A stretch of 11,224 nt of DNA. Source: Bdellovibrionales bacterium. Lineage in GTDB: Bacteria > Bdellovibrionota > Bdellovibrionia > Bdellovibrionales > JAMPXM01. The translations under genes and the position numbers were made by a program. Below, piece after piece: positions 1 through 6,323 of this stretch. The notes under the pieces were generated by a model. It was given only the letters and a program-made list of their open reading frames with translations. It was not told the DNA's origin and did no database searches. Location: contig JAYUEN010000416.1 of assembly GCA_043739185.1 (NCBI GenBank), forward strand, positions 1-11,224, read 5' to 3'. How positions within the stretch are numbered: the stretch's first letter is position 1; each line of letters opens with the position of its first letter.

Positions 1-1101
1 TATGCAAAGAACCCAGGACTTAGAGAGCGAACTCTTTCCGATTTTGGAGCAGCCTTTGACGGAAAAGGAAATTTTGTGGGAACTGAGAGCCATCTACTTT
101 CTGAATCAACAGGCAATCCAAGATTCGGAAAAAAGGATTACAGCCAATTCACAAAAATTGATCGCAACCGTACTCGGGATGAGTTGCCTGCAATTTTTGA
201 TCGGAGCGGTGGGGTTTTATATCATGAGATGAAAAAGGCTTCGGAAATGAGCATTTTTGCTTATTGCGAAAACAACAAAATTCAGCTCATTACAAACTCA
301 AAAGGTCAGAAGGTATTGCGAGGCCGCGAATTTGTAATCGTCCAAGATAAATCTTGGACGAACACTAAAAACGGTCGTGAAGGTACAATAATTGATTTCG
401 TGAAAGGTCACAAAGAGACAACCGAACTTGGTGCAGTTGCAATTCTTAACAACAATCCAAAGCTACTGCTGCTTGAGCCATATCTAGGGTCATATCAGAA
501 AGGTGTTCAGTCTTTTTATTTTCCAAAACCAAAATCTGCAACGCCAGAAGTGGCGCAAAAGACGATGCAAAGTCTTTTGCGTTCGCGAGGTTTTAGTGAG
601 TCTCATGCTGAATCAGTTCTGAAAAGCAAAAGCGTGCATGTTGGAAATGATAAAAGTGTTTGGCTCATGGGAAAAAAAGGCGAATCTGCGCTTGAGTTTA
701 AAGAAGCTGCGAGCGGCCAGTGGAAAGCAAAGCGCCACGGAAAGCCTTCGGCTTCATTTTTTGAAAGTCTAACGAGTTCAAATAAAATGCTCGTTTACCG
801 AGATCCGTTTGAGTTTCTTGTATTGGGGGTAAAAAGCAAAGCTTCTCATGCTAAAGGCGCAAATGTCTTTGTCATGTTTGACGAGACTTCAGAACATAGA
901 ATGTCAGAAGTTATAGCTCTGAATCCGCACATTCATGAAATCCACACAACGCCTTCTCATAATCCAGCAGAGAAAGAAAGGGAGAGCAGCTTTGCACAAA
1001 AAATGAAAATGCGTTTTAACCCATTTGATATTTTGGTTAAGGAACTCTCAATGTCCGATCTTAGCCATGACCTGAGCCGAGGTCCTGACATCGGTATATG
1101 A
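1..1101 (+). CDS. 5'-truncated mobilisation/primase-like protein; C-terminal DUF3991 + degenerate Toprim-like region (possibly a relaxase-primase fusion)
   Basis: Frame +1 is open from base 1 (YAKNPGLRE...), so the start lies outside the window. WTNTKNGREGTIIDFVKGHKETTELGAVAIL and LLRSRGFSES resemble conjugative-element DUF3991/Toprim proteins. The tail DLSRGPDIGI resembles relaxase/T4SS-substrate C-termini. Confidence 0.55.
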   Translation, partial: YAKNPGLRERTLSDFGAAFDGKGNFVGTESHLLSESTGNPRFGKKDYSQFTKIDRNRTRDELPAIFDRSGGVLYHEMKKASEMSIFAYCENNKIQLITNSKGQKVLRGREFVIVQDKSWTNTKNGREGTIIDFVKGHKETTELGAVAILNNNPKLLLLEPYLGSYQKGVQSFYFPKPKSATPEVAQKTMQSLLRSRGFSESHAESVLKSKSVHVGNDKSVWLMGKKGESALEFKEAASGQWKAKRHGKPSASFFESLTSSNKMLVYRDPFEFLVLGVKSKASHAKGANVFVMFDETSEHRMSEVIALNPHIHEIHTTPSHNPAEKERESSFAQKMKMRFNPFDILVKELSMSDLSHDLSRGPDIGI

Positions 1102-1182
1102 GCATTTAGCCTACAAGCAAAGCTTGCGGCGTAATTTTAAAATTAATCCTCTCCTACTACTTTAAAGCGGCGAGGTTTCACA

Positions 1183-1198
1183 AATAGGAGCACCTATT
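1183..1198 (+). promoter_or_regulatory. Inverted repeat covering the RBS of the 119-aa gene
   Basis: AATAGG-agca-CCTATT directly before ATG 1199; contains the AGGAG Shine-Dalgarno. Confidence 0.5.
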
Positions 1199-1558
1199 AT
1201 GGAAACTTCAGAAGTTAAGAAAGTGGCAAAGCCCACAACAAAAAAATCAAATTCAGCAGCGATTCGCGTTTCACTGGAAACACGAAAGCGCCTGCTTTCG
1301 GAGCTTGCGAAAATCAACAAGAAACAATACGGAAAACGCGTCAAAGTCGACGCCCTCCTTCTTAAAGTTTTATCTCACATTACCGCAAAGGATGTGACCG
1401 AACTTCAGGAGGCAAGCCTCACCGGACGAGATCGAATGGAGCAGAGCTATCGTGCGTATTGTACGAAGTTCGGACAGATCACAATGGACGACTATTTGGC
1501 GCTTCTTCTTAAATCAGAAGGCAGCAAAATCGAAAGTCAAAATGCGACTAATTCATAG
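1199..1558 (+). CDS. Small basic DNA-binding protein, ribbon-helix-helix-like N-terminus
   Basis: 119 aa with AGGAG RBS. AAIRVSLETRKRLLSELAKIN has the beta-strand/helix pattern of RHH proteins. Lies between mob and xis-int. Confidence 0.6.
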   Translation: METSEVKKVAKPTTKKSNSAAIRVSLETRKRLLSELAKINKKQYGKRVKVDALLLKVLSHITAKDVTELQEASLTGRDRMEQSYRAYCTKFGQITMDDYLALLLKSEGSKIESQNATNS

Positions 1559-1576
1559 GGGAAATGTCGCATTTTG
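1538..1576. repeat. Perfect 11-bp inverted repeat (CAAAATGCGAC / GTCGCATTTTG), 17-nt spacer
   Basis: 1538-1548 and 1566-1576; TCAAAATGCG recurs at 1731-1740. Confidence 0.7.
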
Positions 1577-1751
1577 TAATCTTTAAAAACAAAATATTTT
1601 TGCTGAATATTCTTGATAAAAGACGAAGGAGAAAGTAACTTATGGTTAATAAAAATTCGTCTCATTCTAAGCTTAAAAACTTTGAATTGAGCGGAGCGCT
1701 CTTTGAAAATTTATTTGGAATTTGGAATCATCAAAATGCGTTGGCGCTGCG

Positions 1752-2036
1752 ATGAAAAGGCATCCTTACTCTCAACCAAAGAATGAGGAGCCTGCGCCTC
1801 AAGAAGAATCTCTTAATTTAAGTTCTGGAAAAAGTACCCCTTGGCTAACGACAAAACAAGCCGCAGCTTATTTGGGAAAATTTCGCAGAAAAGATGGAGA
1901 GCCTTCCGAAGGTGCCATTCGCAATATGATTTATCGAAAACAGCTTATGGCTCGAAAGTTTTTGGGTCGTATTCTGATTGATCGGTTGTCATTGGACCGA
2001 CTAATTAGACTTTCTCCGCAACTAGGAGGAGTTTAA
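1752..2036 (+). CDS. xis: Excisionase / recombination directionality factor (HTH_17-like)
   Basis: WLTTKQAAAYLG...SEGAIRNMIYRKQLMARKFLGRILIDRLSLDRLI is a typical excisionase winged helix. It ends 2 nt before int. ATG 1752 is preferred over TTG 1722, but the start is uncertain. Confidence 0.85.
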   Translation: MKRHPYSQPKNEEPAPQEESLNLSSGKSTPWLTTKQAAAYLGKFRRKDGEPSEGAIRNMIYRKQLMARKFLGRILIDRLSLDRLIRLSPQLGGV

Positions 2037-2038
2037 TT

Positions 2039-3265
2039 ATGGCATATAAAGTTTGGGTAGAAGACGAAAAGGTCTATTATCAGGCGAGCGTAAAATCTAG
2101 ATCTCGCGCTGATCGGTCGATTCAACCGCAGAGAAGCAAGACAGGAATCCTTCAAGGAGTGACTCCTGAACAAATTGATAGTCTGCCACCTGAAGCAATA
2201 AAAAAGCTTCAGCGAATCGAAATGCATCTTTACGGAGAAGCGCGGGCCGAAGTGGTGCAAAGAGAGGGCGCTGGGATTGTCTGGGGGAAGCTGATAACTC
2301 GTTGGGAAAATGAGGCGCTCTCAGATAGCGAGACTCTAGAGTTCTTGGCACTGAGTGAAAAGTCTGCAAAAGGTTATTTGACCGCTATTCGCGATCACAC
2401 AGAGCGCTGGTTTAACAAACCAGCTTCAGAGATCACCTCAACAGACTTTGAGCTTCTGGTTCTTAGCATGAGAAAAACAGGCTATGCGAACAGCACGATT
2501 TACAATTTAAAAAGTGCGATCAATAGCTGTTACAAATGGGCTATCAAATCGAGAATGATCCCGAAGGTGGCAGTACCGCCAACTTATGGATGTTTGATTT
2601 CTAGAAAAAATAGCCGAAGACCAGAGGTTTTAAACTTCACTCAGATTTGCACTTTGCTTGAGGAAGCCGAAACAAAGAAGCATGCCTGGTTCCCGATCTG
2701 GAAGTTTATTCTCTACACGGGGTTTCGAAGTGGAGAAGCCTACGCACTTAAAGTGCGAGACATTTGCCGCGAAGAACGCCGGATTATGCTCGATACAAAG
2801 TATGACTTTGATTTGAGACGTGAGAATCAACTTAAGGATCATGAGTGGCGACAAGTGCCTATCAACGAAGAACTTTATGAGTTCTTGGGAGCGATTGGAA
2901 CTTGGGAAAAAGGACCAGATGAGTACGTTCTACCAAGGATTCAAGCTTGGAAGAACGGAGAAGCTGCAAGGATCTTAAGGGCATTTTGTGAAGAGATTGG
3001 AATTACGTCGGTCTGCTTTCATACTTTAAGGGCTTGTTGGGCAACTCAGCTTTTGCGAAACGGTGTAGCTCAAGCCAAGGTCATGATTATGGGTGGCTGG
3101 GCTGATCTTGAAACCATGCAAGTCTATTTAAGACGTGCGGGTGTCGAAATTGAGGGAGCTACAGATTCGCTCAAGTTTGAGCGACGTGAACGCCCCGCAA
3201 GAGTGTTAAAACTGGTACTCGGATCGGATCTTAAACGTATTGACGATAGTGGTGATTCTGAATAA
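2039..3265 (+). CDS. int: Tyrosine recombinase / phage-type integrase
   Basis: 408 aa with catalytic motifs YTGFRSGE (R), FHTLR (H-x-x-R) and MGGWADLETMQVY (W, Y). RBS AGGAGGA at 2024-2030. Confidence 0.96.
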   Translation: MAYKVWVEDEKVYYQASVKSRSRADRSIQPQRSKTGILQGVTPEQIDSLPPEAIKKLQRIEMHLYGEARAEVVQREGAGIVWGKLITRWENEALSDSETLEFLALSEKSAKGYLTAIRDHTERWFNKPASEITSTDFELLVLSMRKTGYANSTIYNLKSAINSCYKWAIKSRMIPKVAVPPTYGCLISRKNSRRPEVLNFTQICTLLEEAETKKHAWFPIWKFILYTGFRSGEAYALKVRDICREERRIMLDTKYDFDLRRENQLKDHEWRQVPINEELYEFLGAIGTWEKGPDEYVLPRIQAWKNGEAARILRAFCEEIGITSVCFHTLRACWATQLLRNGVAQAKVMIMGGWADLETMQVYLRRAGVEIEGATDSLKFERRERPARVLKLVLGSDLKRIDDSGDSE

Positions 3266-3282
3266 TCTAAATAAACTGGGGA

Positions 3283-3320
3283 GCCATCTGGACTTCTGTC
3301 TAATAAACAGACCAGATGGC
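3283..3320 (+). other. Stem-loop between int stop and att core
   Basis: GCCATCTGG-act-TCTGT-ctaataa-ACAGA-CCAGATGGC: 9+5 bp stem with a 3-nt bulge; no U-tract. Confidence 0.65.
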
Positions 3321-3339
3321 GACTTAAGGTGTTGAAATA

Positions 3340-3363
3340 GTTCAACTCCCTAATAACACCCCA
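3340..3363 (+). other. Attachment-site core: 3' fragment of a tRNA-His gene (G53 to CCA)
   Basis: G-TTCAACT (T-loop)-CCCTA (T-stem 3')-ATAACAC (acceptor 3')-C (discriminator)-CCA. C73 with ...CAC-C-CCA is characteristic of bacterial tRNA-His. The 5' T-stem (expected TAGGG) is absent, so this is not a full tRNA. Confidence 0.8.
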
Positions 3364-3407
3364 ATTTTCTTCTCATAGCCGGCAATAATCAAAAAGCGCA
3401 TTTGTTC

Positions 3408-3420
3408 TAAGTCTTTGAAA
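3408..3420. promoter_or_regulatory. IHF-like binding site
   Basis: TAAGTCTTTGAAA matches YAANNNNTTGATW with one mismatch. Similar sites at 3325-3337 (TAAGGTGTTGAAA) and, weaker, 3443-3455. Confidence 0.45.
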
Positions 3421-3486
3421 ACACATTAACCAAAAAGAGCCCTGACTCTTTGAAATGTCCTGAAGTTTCAGCAGATTTCTGCCGTA

Positions 3487-3518
3487 GATGACAGAATGAT
3501 GACAAGTCTGATGACAGA
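3487..3518 (+). repeat. Three direct repeats of GATGACA, putative integrase arm-type sites
   Basis: Copies at 3487-3493, 3498-3504 and 3510-3516 (11-12 bp period), about 125 bp from the att core. Confidence 0.65.
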
Positions 3519-3727
3519 TTTTTTGTTCATCAAAACCACTCGCAGACTTTCGATTGTCTCAAAGTGATATATACTGCTCCCTCTTTAAGATGAGCTTTTT
3601 AAAACCGTCTTAGTATGAAGCAAACTCAATTACGATTCTCAATTTAGCCAATCGCTGAATGATTAAAAGTCTGATAATCTTATAAAAGTTCGACGATTTT
3701 CTTAAACCAATAACCAAAGAGGTATGT

Positions 3728-3946
3728 ATGTTGAAAAGTATGGTTGTAATCTTGGCGATTTTAGGTTCGGTGTCTGCGCAGGCTAATACTGATATTGGTA
3801 ACAACTACGCAGTTCAAGACCAGAAGGCTGTTGGCGCAGTTCCTGTTCATAGCAGTGGCGGATATGCAGTTCAAGACCAGAAAGCAGTATCACTAGATAG
3901 CCAAGTTGAAACTGCGCAACTACTTGATTTGAACGAAGGCTTTTAA
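3728..3946 (+). CDS. Small secreted peptide with duplicated YAVQDQKAV motif
   Basis: 72 aa with GAGGT RBS, Sec-type signal MLKSMVVILAILGSVSAQA, a repeat conserved with synonymous differences, and its own terminator. Confidence 0.75.
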   Translation: MLKSMVVILAILGSVSAQANTDIGNNYAVQDQKAVGAVPVHSSGGYAVQDQKAVSLDSQVETAQLLDLNEGF

Positions 3947-3992
3947 GAAGCCCTTTCTGATATCAAAATAAATTCATATATAATTCAACTAC

Positions 3993-4024
3993 AACGACTG
4001 TCCAAGTGGGTCAGTCGTTTTTTT
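3993..4024 (+). terminator. Intrinsic terminator of the 72-aa gene
   Basis: AACGACTG...CAGTCGTT stem running into a T7 tract (4018-4024). Confidence 0.75.
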
Positions 4025-4280
4025 CATTGAATGTCCGCGCGAAAAGCAACTCGGTCCTTTTCTTTGGTGGCGAGTTTCAGCCTTGCGAATTTTTAACAGT
4101 CCGAAACTCTCTTGGAATTGCAGCAGAAGCTAGTGCCCGGCTTAATATTTTACATTAAGCCGCAAGCCTTTCTTGGGATTATTTCAAATGGTCAAAAAAG
4201 TCTGAGGGGTCGTCGCTAGGCCTTCGATGTTTAGTGATACTGGGGCCTGCTGCTTACCGCCTCTGCGAAACAAGATCTTG

Positions 4281-4577
4281 TTAAACTGCCTTTTTCAAAA
4301 TTTCGTTAATCAATGACTGATAAGCGATGCCTTTTTTCTTGGCCTTACTTTTCAGTTTAGACAGAACATCTACTTCAATCCTCACTGAAATTGCCTTGCG
4401 GTGACTCTCGCCAATTAAAGGTCGACCAACACGTTTGAACTTTTTAAGTTCTGTTGAAGAGAGTTCAGGCAGATCCGAATAGTCTATGTCAGAATCCTTA
4501 ATCTTTCTGCCGGTAGACTTTTCTTTCATTTTTGTTTGCAAGTCTTGCGCTGATAATTCGATAGATTTCTTTTTCAT
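4281..4577 (-). CDS. brnA: BrnA-family antitoxin (C-terminal RHH/CopG-like)
   Basis: DIDYSDLPEL...GRP...KAISVRIEVDVLSKLKSKAKKKGIAYQSLINEIL. ATG 4577 has a GGAGG RBS (4588-4592); alternative start at ATG 4529. Confidence 0.9.
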   Translation of the reverse strand: MKKKSIELSAQDLQTKMKEKSTGRKIKDSDIDYSDLPELSSTELKKFKRVGRPLIGESHRKAISVRIEVDVLSKLKSKAKKKGIAYQSLINEILKKAV

Positions 4578-4800
4578 AGAGTTCTGACCTCCGGTAAGTA
4601 AATGCGATAAATAAAACTCTCTTCTCGCTAGATGAGCCAATGGCAAAAAAGCGATCCTCTTGGGTCGAGTGAGACGTATCCGAAGCCGTCATGACATTCA
4701 AATCAAAAAACACAGCGGCGGCCTCAGTAAACGAAACGCCATGTTTCTTGAGGTTAAGCTGTGACTTTTGTGAGTCCCACTGAAAGTAAATCATGCTCAT
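4498..4800 (-). CDS. brnT: BrnT-family ribonuclease toxin
   Basis: FQWDSQKSQLNLKKHGVSFTEAAAVF...EDRFFAIG...RIISARLANKNERKVY. The real start is ATG 4800 or 4794, not 4998. Confidence 0.93.
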   Translation of the reverse strand: MSMIYFQWDSQKSQLNLKKHGVSFTEAAAVFFDLNVMTASDTSHSTQEDRFFAIGSSSEKRVLFIAFTYRRSELYEKEIYRIISARLANKNERKVYRQKD

Positions 4801-4802
4801 AG

Positions 4803-4818
4803 TTATGTATATACATAA
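4803..4818. promoter_or_regulatory. Perfect 16-bp palindrome, putative BrnA operator over the brnTA promoter
   Basis: TTATGTATATACATAA lies 2 nt upstream of the brnT ATG; the minus strand has TTTACT-N17-TATACA overlapping it. Confidence 0.7.
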
Positions 4819-4885
4819 TTGGCTAGAAAGTAAAGTCCTGTTTCGTATTAAAAATGCGAAATGGCGGTACGTTTGCGGCAAACGG

Positions 4886-5044
4886 GATAGAGTCTCATTG
4901 TTGCGAAATTTCAAAAGTCCGAAACTTCTCCTCCCTCCGCCTTCTCCTCCTCCTCCTCCTCCTCTCTGTCTCAGGGAAGTCTCATTTGATAGTCGCAAAA
5001 AGAAGACTATCAGAAAAGATAGAGTCTCATTTTTGAGACTCTAT
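4886..5044. repeat. Direct/inverted repeat cluster, candidate oriT or replication origin
   Basis: GATAGAGTCTCATT at 4886-4899 and 5018-5031. GTCTCA also at 4968 and 4979. 11-bp IR at 5019-5044; 8-bp IR TGATAGTC/GACTATCA at 4987-5012. Confidence 0.6.
4945..4962 (+). repeat. (TCC)6 microsatellite within a polypyrimidine tract (4925-4967)
   Basis: Read directly from the sequence; only one purine in 4925-4967. Confidence 0.9.
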
Positions 5045-5161
5045 TTTAAATTACTAATTCATTCTCATCCTTTAGATAAATTTACAAACTTCGCAAAAGT
5101 GTGTCCGGCTCTTGCATTTGTTTCGCACAGAACTTCAAATTTTTGAAAGGGGCAGTGACCG

Positions 5162-5545
5162 ATGCAAGAAAATGAAACCCAACCCATCACCAACAACTCC
5201 GAACCCAAAGTTCGAAGAAAGCAGAACCCAAAGCTTGAGTGTTTAAGACTTCAGGAAAGGGATTATTTGGCGTTAAAACTCATCTGTGATTTTGGCTATC
5301 TCACGGCCGACCAAATTGCTCAGCACATATTTAAGAGTACAAATAAAAATACCAAAAGACGTCTTGGCATGCTTGAAAAGGCCGGATACGCTCGTGAGTT
5401 TGGAATTTCTGAGGTACTTCTGACCTGCAATGACGACAATTTGCATTCAATAAGAGTCATCGAAAAAAATGGGGGAGTGCTAAAAGATAGAAAGCTTCAG
5501 TATGAAGGTGGACCAATGAAGCGCTACTATTGGATTCAGCTTTAG
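5162..5545 (+). pseudogene. Chimeric ORF: replication-relaxation (Replic_Relax-like) N-terminal wHTH fused to the C-terminus of a COG3981-like GNAT acetyltransferase
   Basis: aa 28-76 LRLQERDYLALKLICDFGYLTADQIAQHIF...RRLGMLEKAGY; aa 76-127 YAREFGISEVLLTCNDDNLHSIRVIEKNGGVL...RYYWIQL. Both domains are incomplete. Confidence 0.7.
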
Positions 5546-5648
5546 CCTTTTAGTCGTCTCCAAGTCGGTCAATTTTGATTATATGCAGTGGTCGGCATAT
5601 GAATTATTGGGCTATTGACCATTTGAATCTAGAAGGCTATCAGACGCT

Positions 5649-6140
5649 ATGGAAAGTAAAAAACCAAAATTGTATGCGATGACTGGCACTATAGGATCAG
5701 GCAAAACGACGTACGCCAAAAAGTTATCTAGTGAGAAAAATGCAGTAGTCTTCTTAATTGACGATTACATTAGGCAACTTGGAATTCCCATAAAATCCGT
5801 AGAAGATTATGACAAATACTATTATGGAGTTAGAAATATTATCACTGACTGCACTCTTCAACTCCTACGGCTTAACCAGTCTGTCGTATTGGATTTTGGC
5901 GGCAATATAGGTCACTGGGAATGGCTAAGCTCAATTGCAGACCAAACAAGTGCAAATATTGAGATCTTTCATTTGCTTGCTCCACTTGATGTACGAAGAG
6001 ATCGGGTTAGGAAACGAAACTTAAGTCCCAATGAATTCCACTTCTCGGATGAGGAGTTTGAGTCCATGCCAAAAGTGAGCGCGGCGCCTCAGGTGCAGAG
6101 AGAAGGTTTAAAGATTACCGTGATTGAGACGGCGTCTTAA
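5649..6140 (+). CDS. P-loop nucleotide-binding protein, AAA_33 / predicted kinase family
   Basis: Walker A GTIGSGKTT, VVLDFG Walker B-like strand, and RRDRVRKRN lid motif; 163 aa. Confidence 0.85.
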   Translation: MESKKPKLYAMTGTIGSGKTTYAKKLSSEKNAVVFLIDDYIRQLGIPIKSVEDYDKYYYGVRNIITDCTLQLLRLNQSVVLDFGGNIGHWEWLSSIADQTSANIEIFHLLAPLDVRRDRVRKRNLSPNEFHFSDEEFESMPKVSAAPQVQREGLKITVIETAS

Positions 6141-6323
6141 AACCTTTTCAACCAGTTGCTAGATCATCATTAAGGTTCTGACTTCACGATCAATTCAAAT
6201 ATGAGAAATACCATCGAGGGCGCCATTATGAAATTCTGTAAAATATTCGTCTTTCGTTATTGTCAGCGCCAACCGGCCATACAAATGATATAAGTATTGC
6301 TCGATAAATCGGAGGATTTTGCG

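Larger units (their letters stand above)
1..3363 (+). mobile_element. Integrase-proximal end of an integrative (mobilisable/conjugative-type) element targeting tRNA-His
   Basis: Mob-like gene, small regulator, xis, tyrosine integrase and tRNA 3' fragment are collinear on the + strand. Confidence 0.8.

Noticed and set aside
2..232. 76-aa ORF in frame +2
   Set aside because: Overlaps the long frame +1 ORF, which is open from base 1; no recognisable motif.
2033..3345. Antisense ORFs 2033-2260, 2097-2369, 2630-2854, 3124-3345
   Set aside because: Shadows of the integrase gene with no motifs.
3270..3365. Complete tRNA, or retron msr/msd-like structured RNA
   Set aside because: Only the 3' 24 nt are tRNA-like, with no D or anticodon arm and no 5' acceptor strand. 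No reverse transcriptase is present in the window.
3806..3889. CRISPR-like repeat pair (17-bp identical core)
   Set aside because: Only two copies, in frame within a CDS, differing at synonymous sites; no cas genes.
4578..4646. Longer BrnA start at 4646
   Set aside because: A better RBS lies before ATG 4577, and the extension is deep inside brnT.
4801..4998. N-terminal poly-Gly extension of BrnT, and the poly-Pro/poly-Leu ORFs 4793-5146 and 4854-5036
   Set aside because: Translation artefacts of the TCC microsatellite; BrnT homology begins at about 4800.
6228..6293. 21-codon ORF MKFCKIFVFRYCQRQPAIQMI after a GAGGG
   Set aside because: Too short, with no supporting signal; could be a remnant but cannot be supported.
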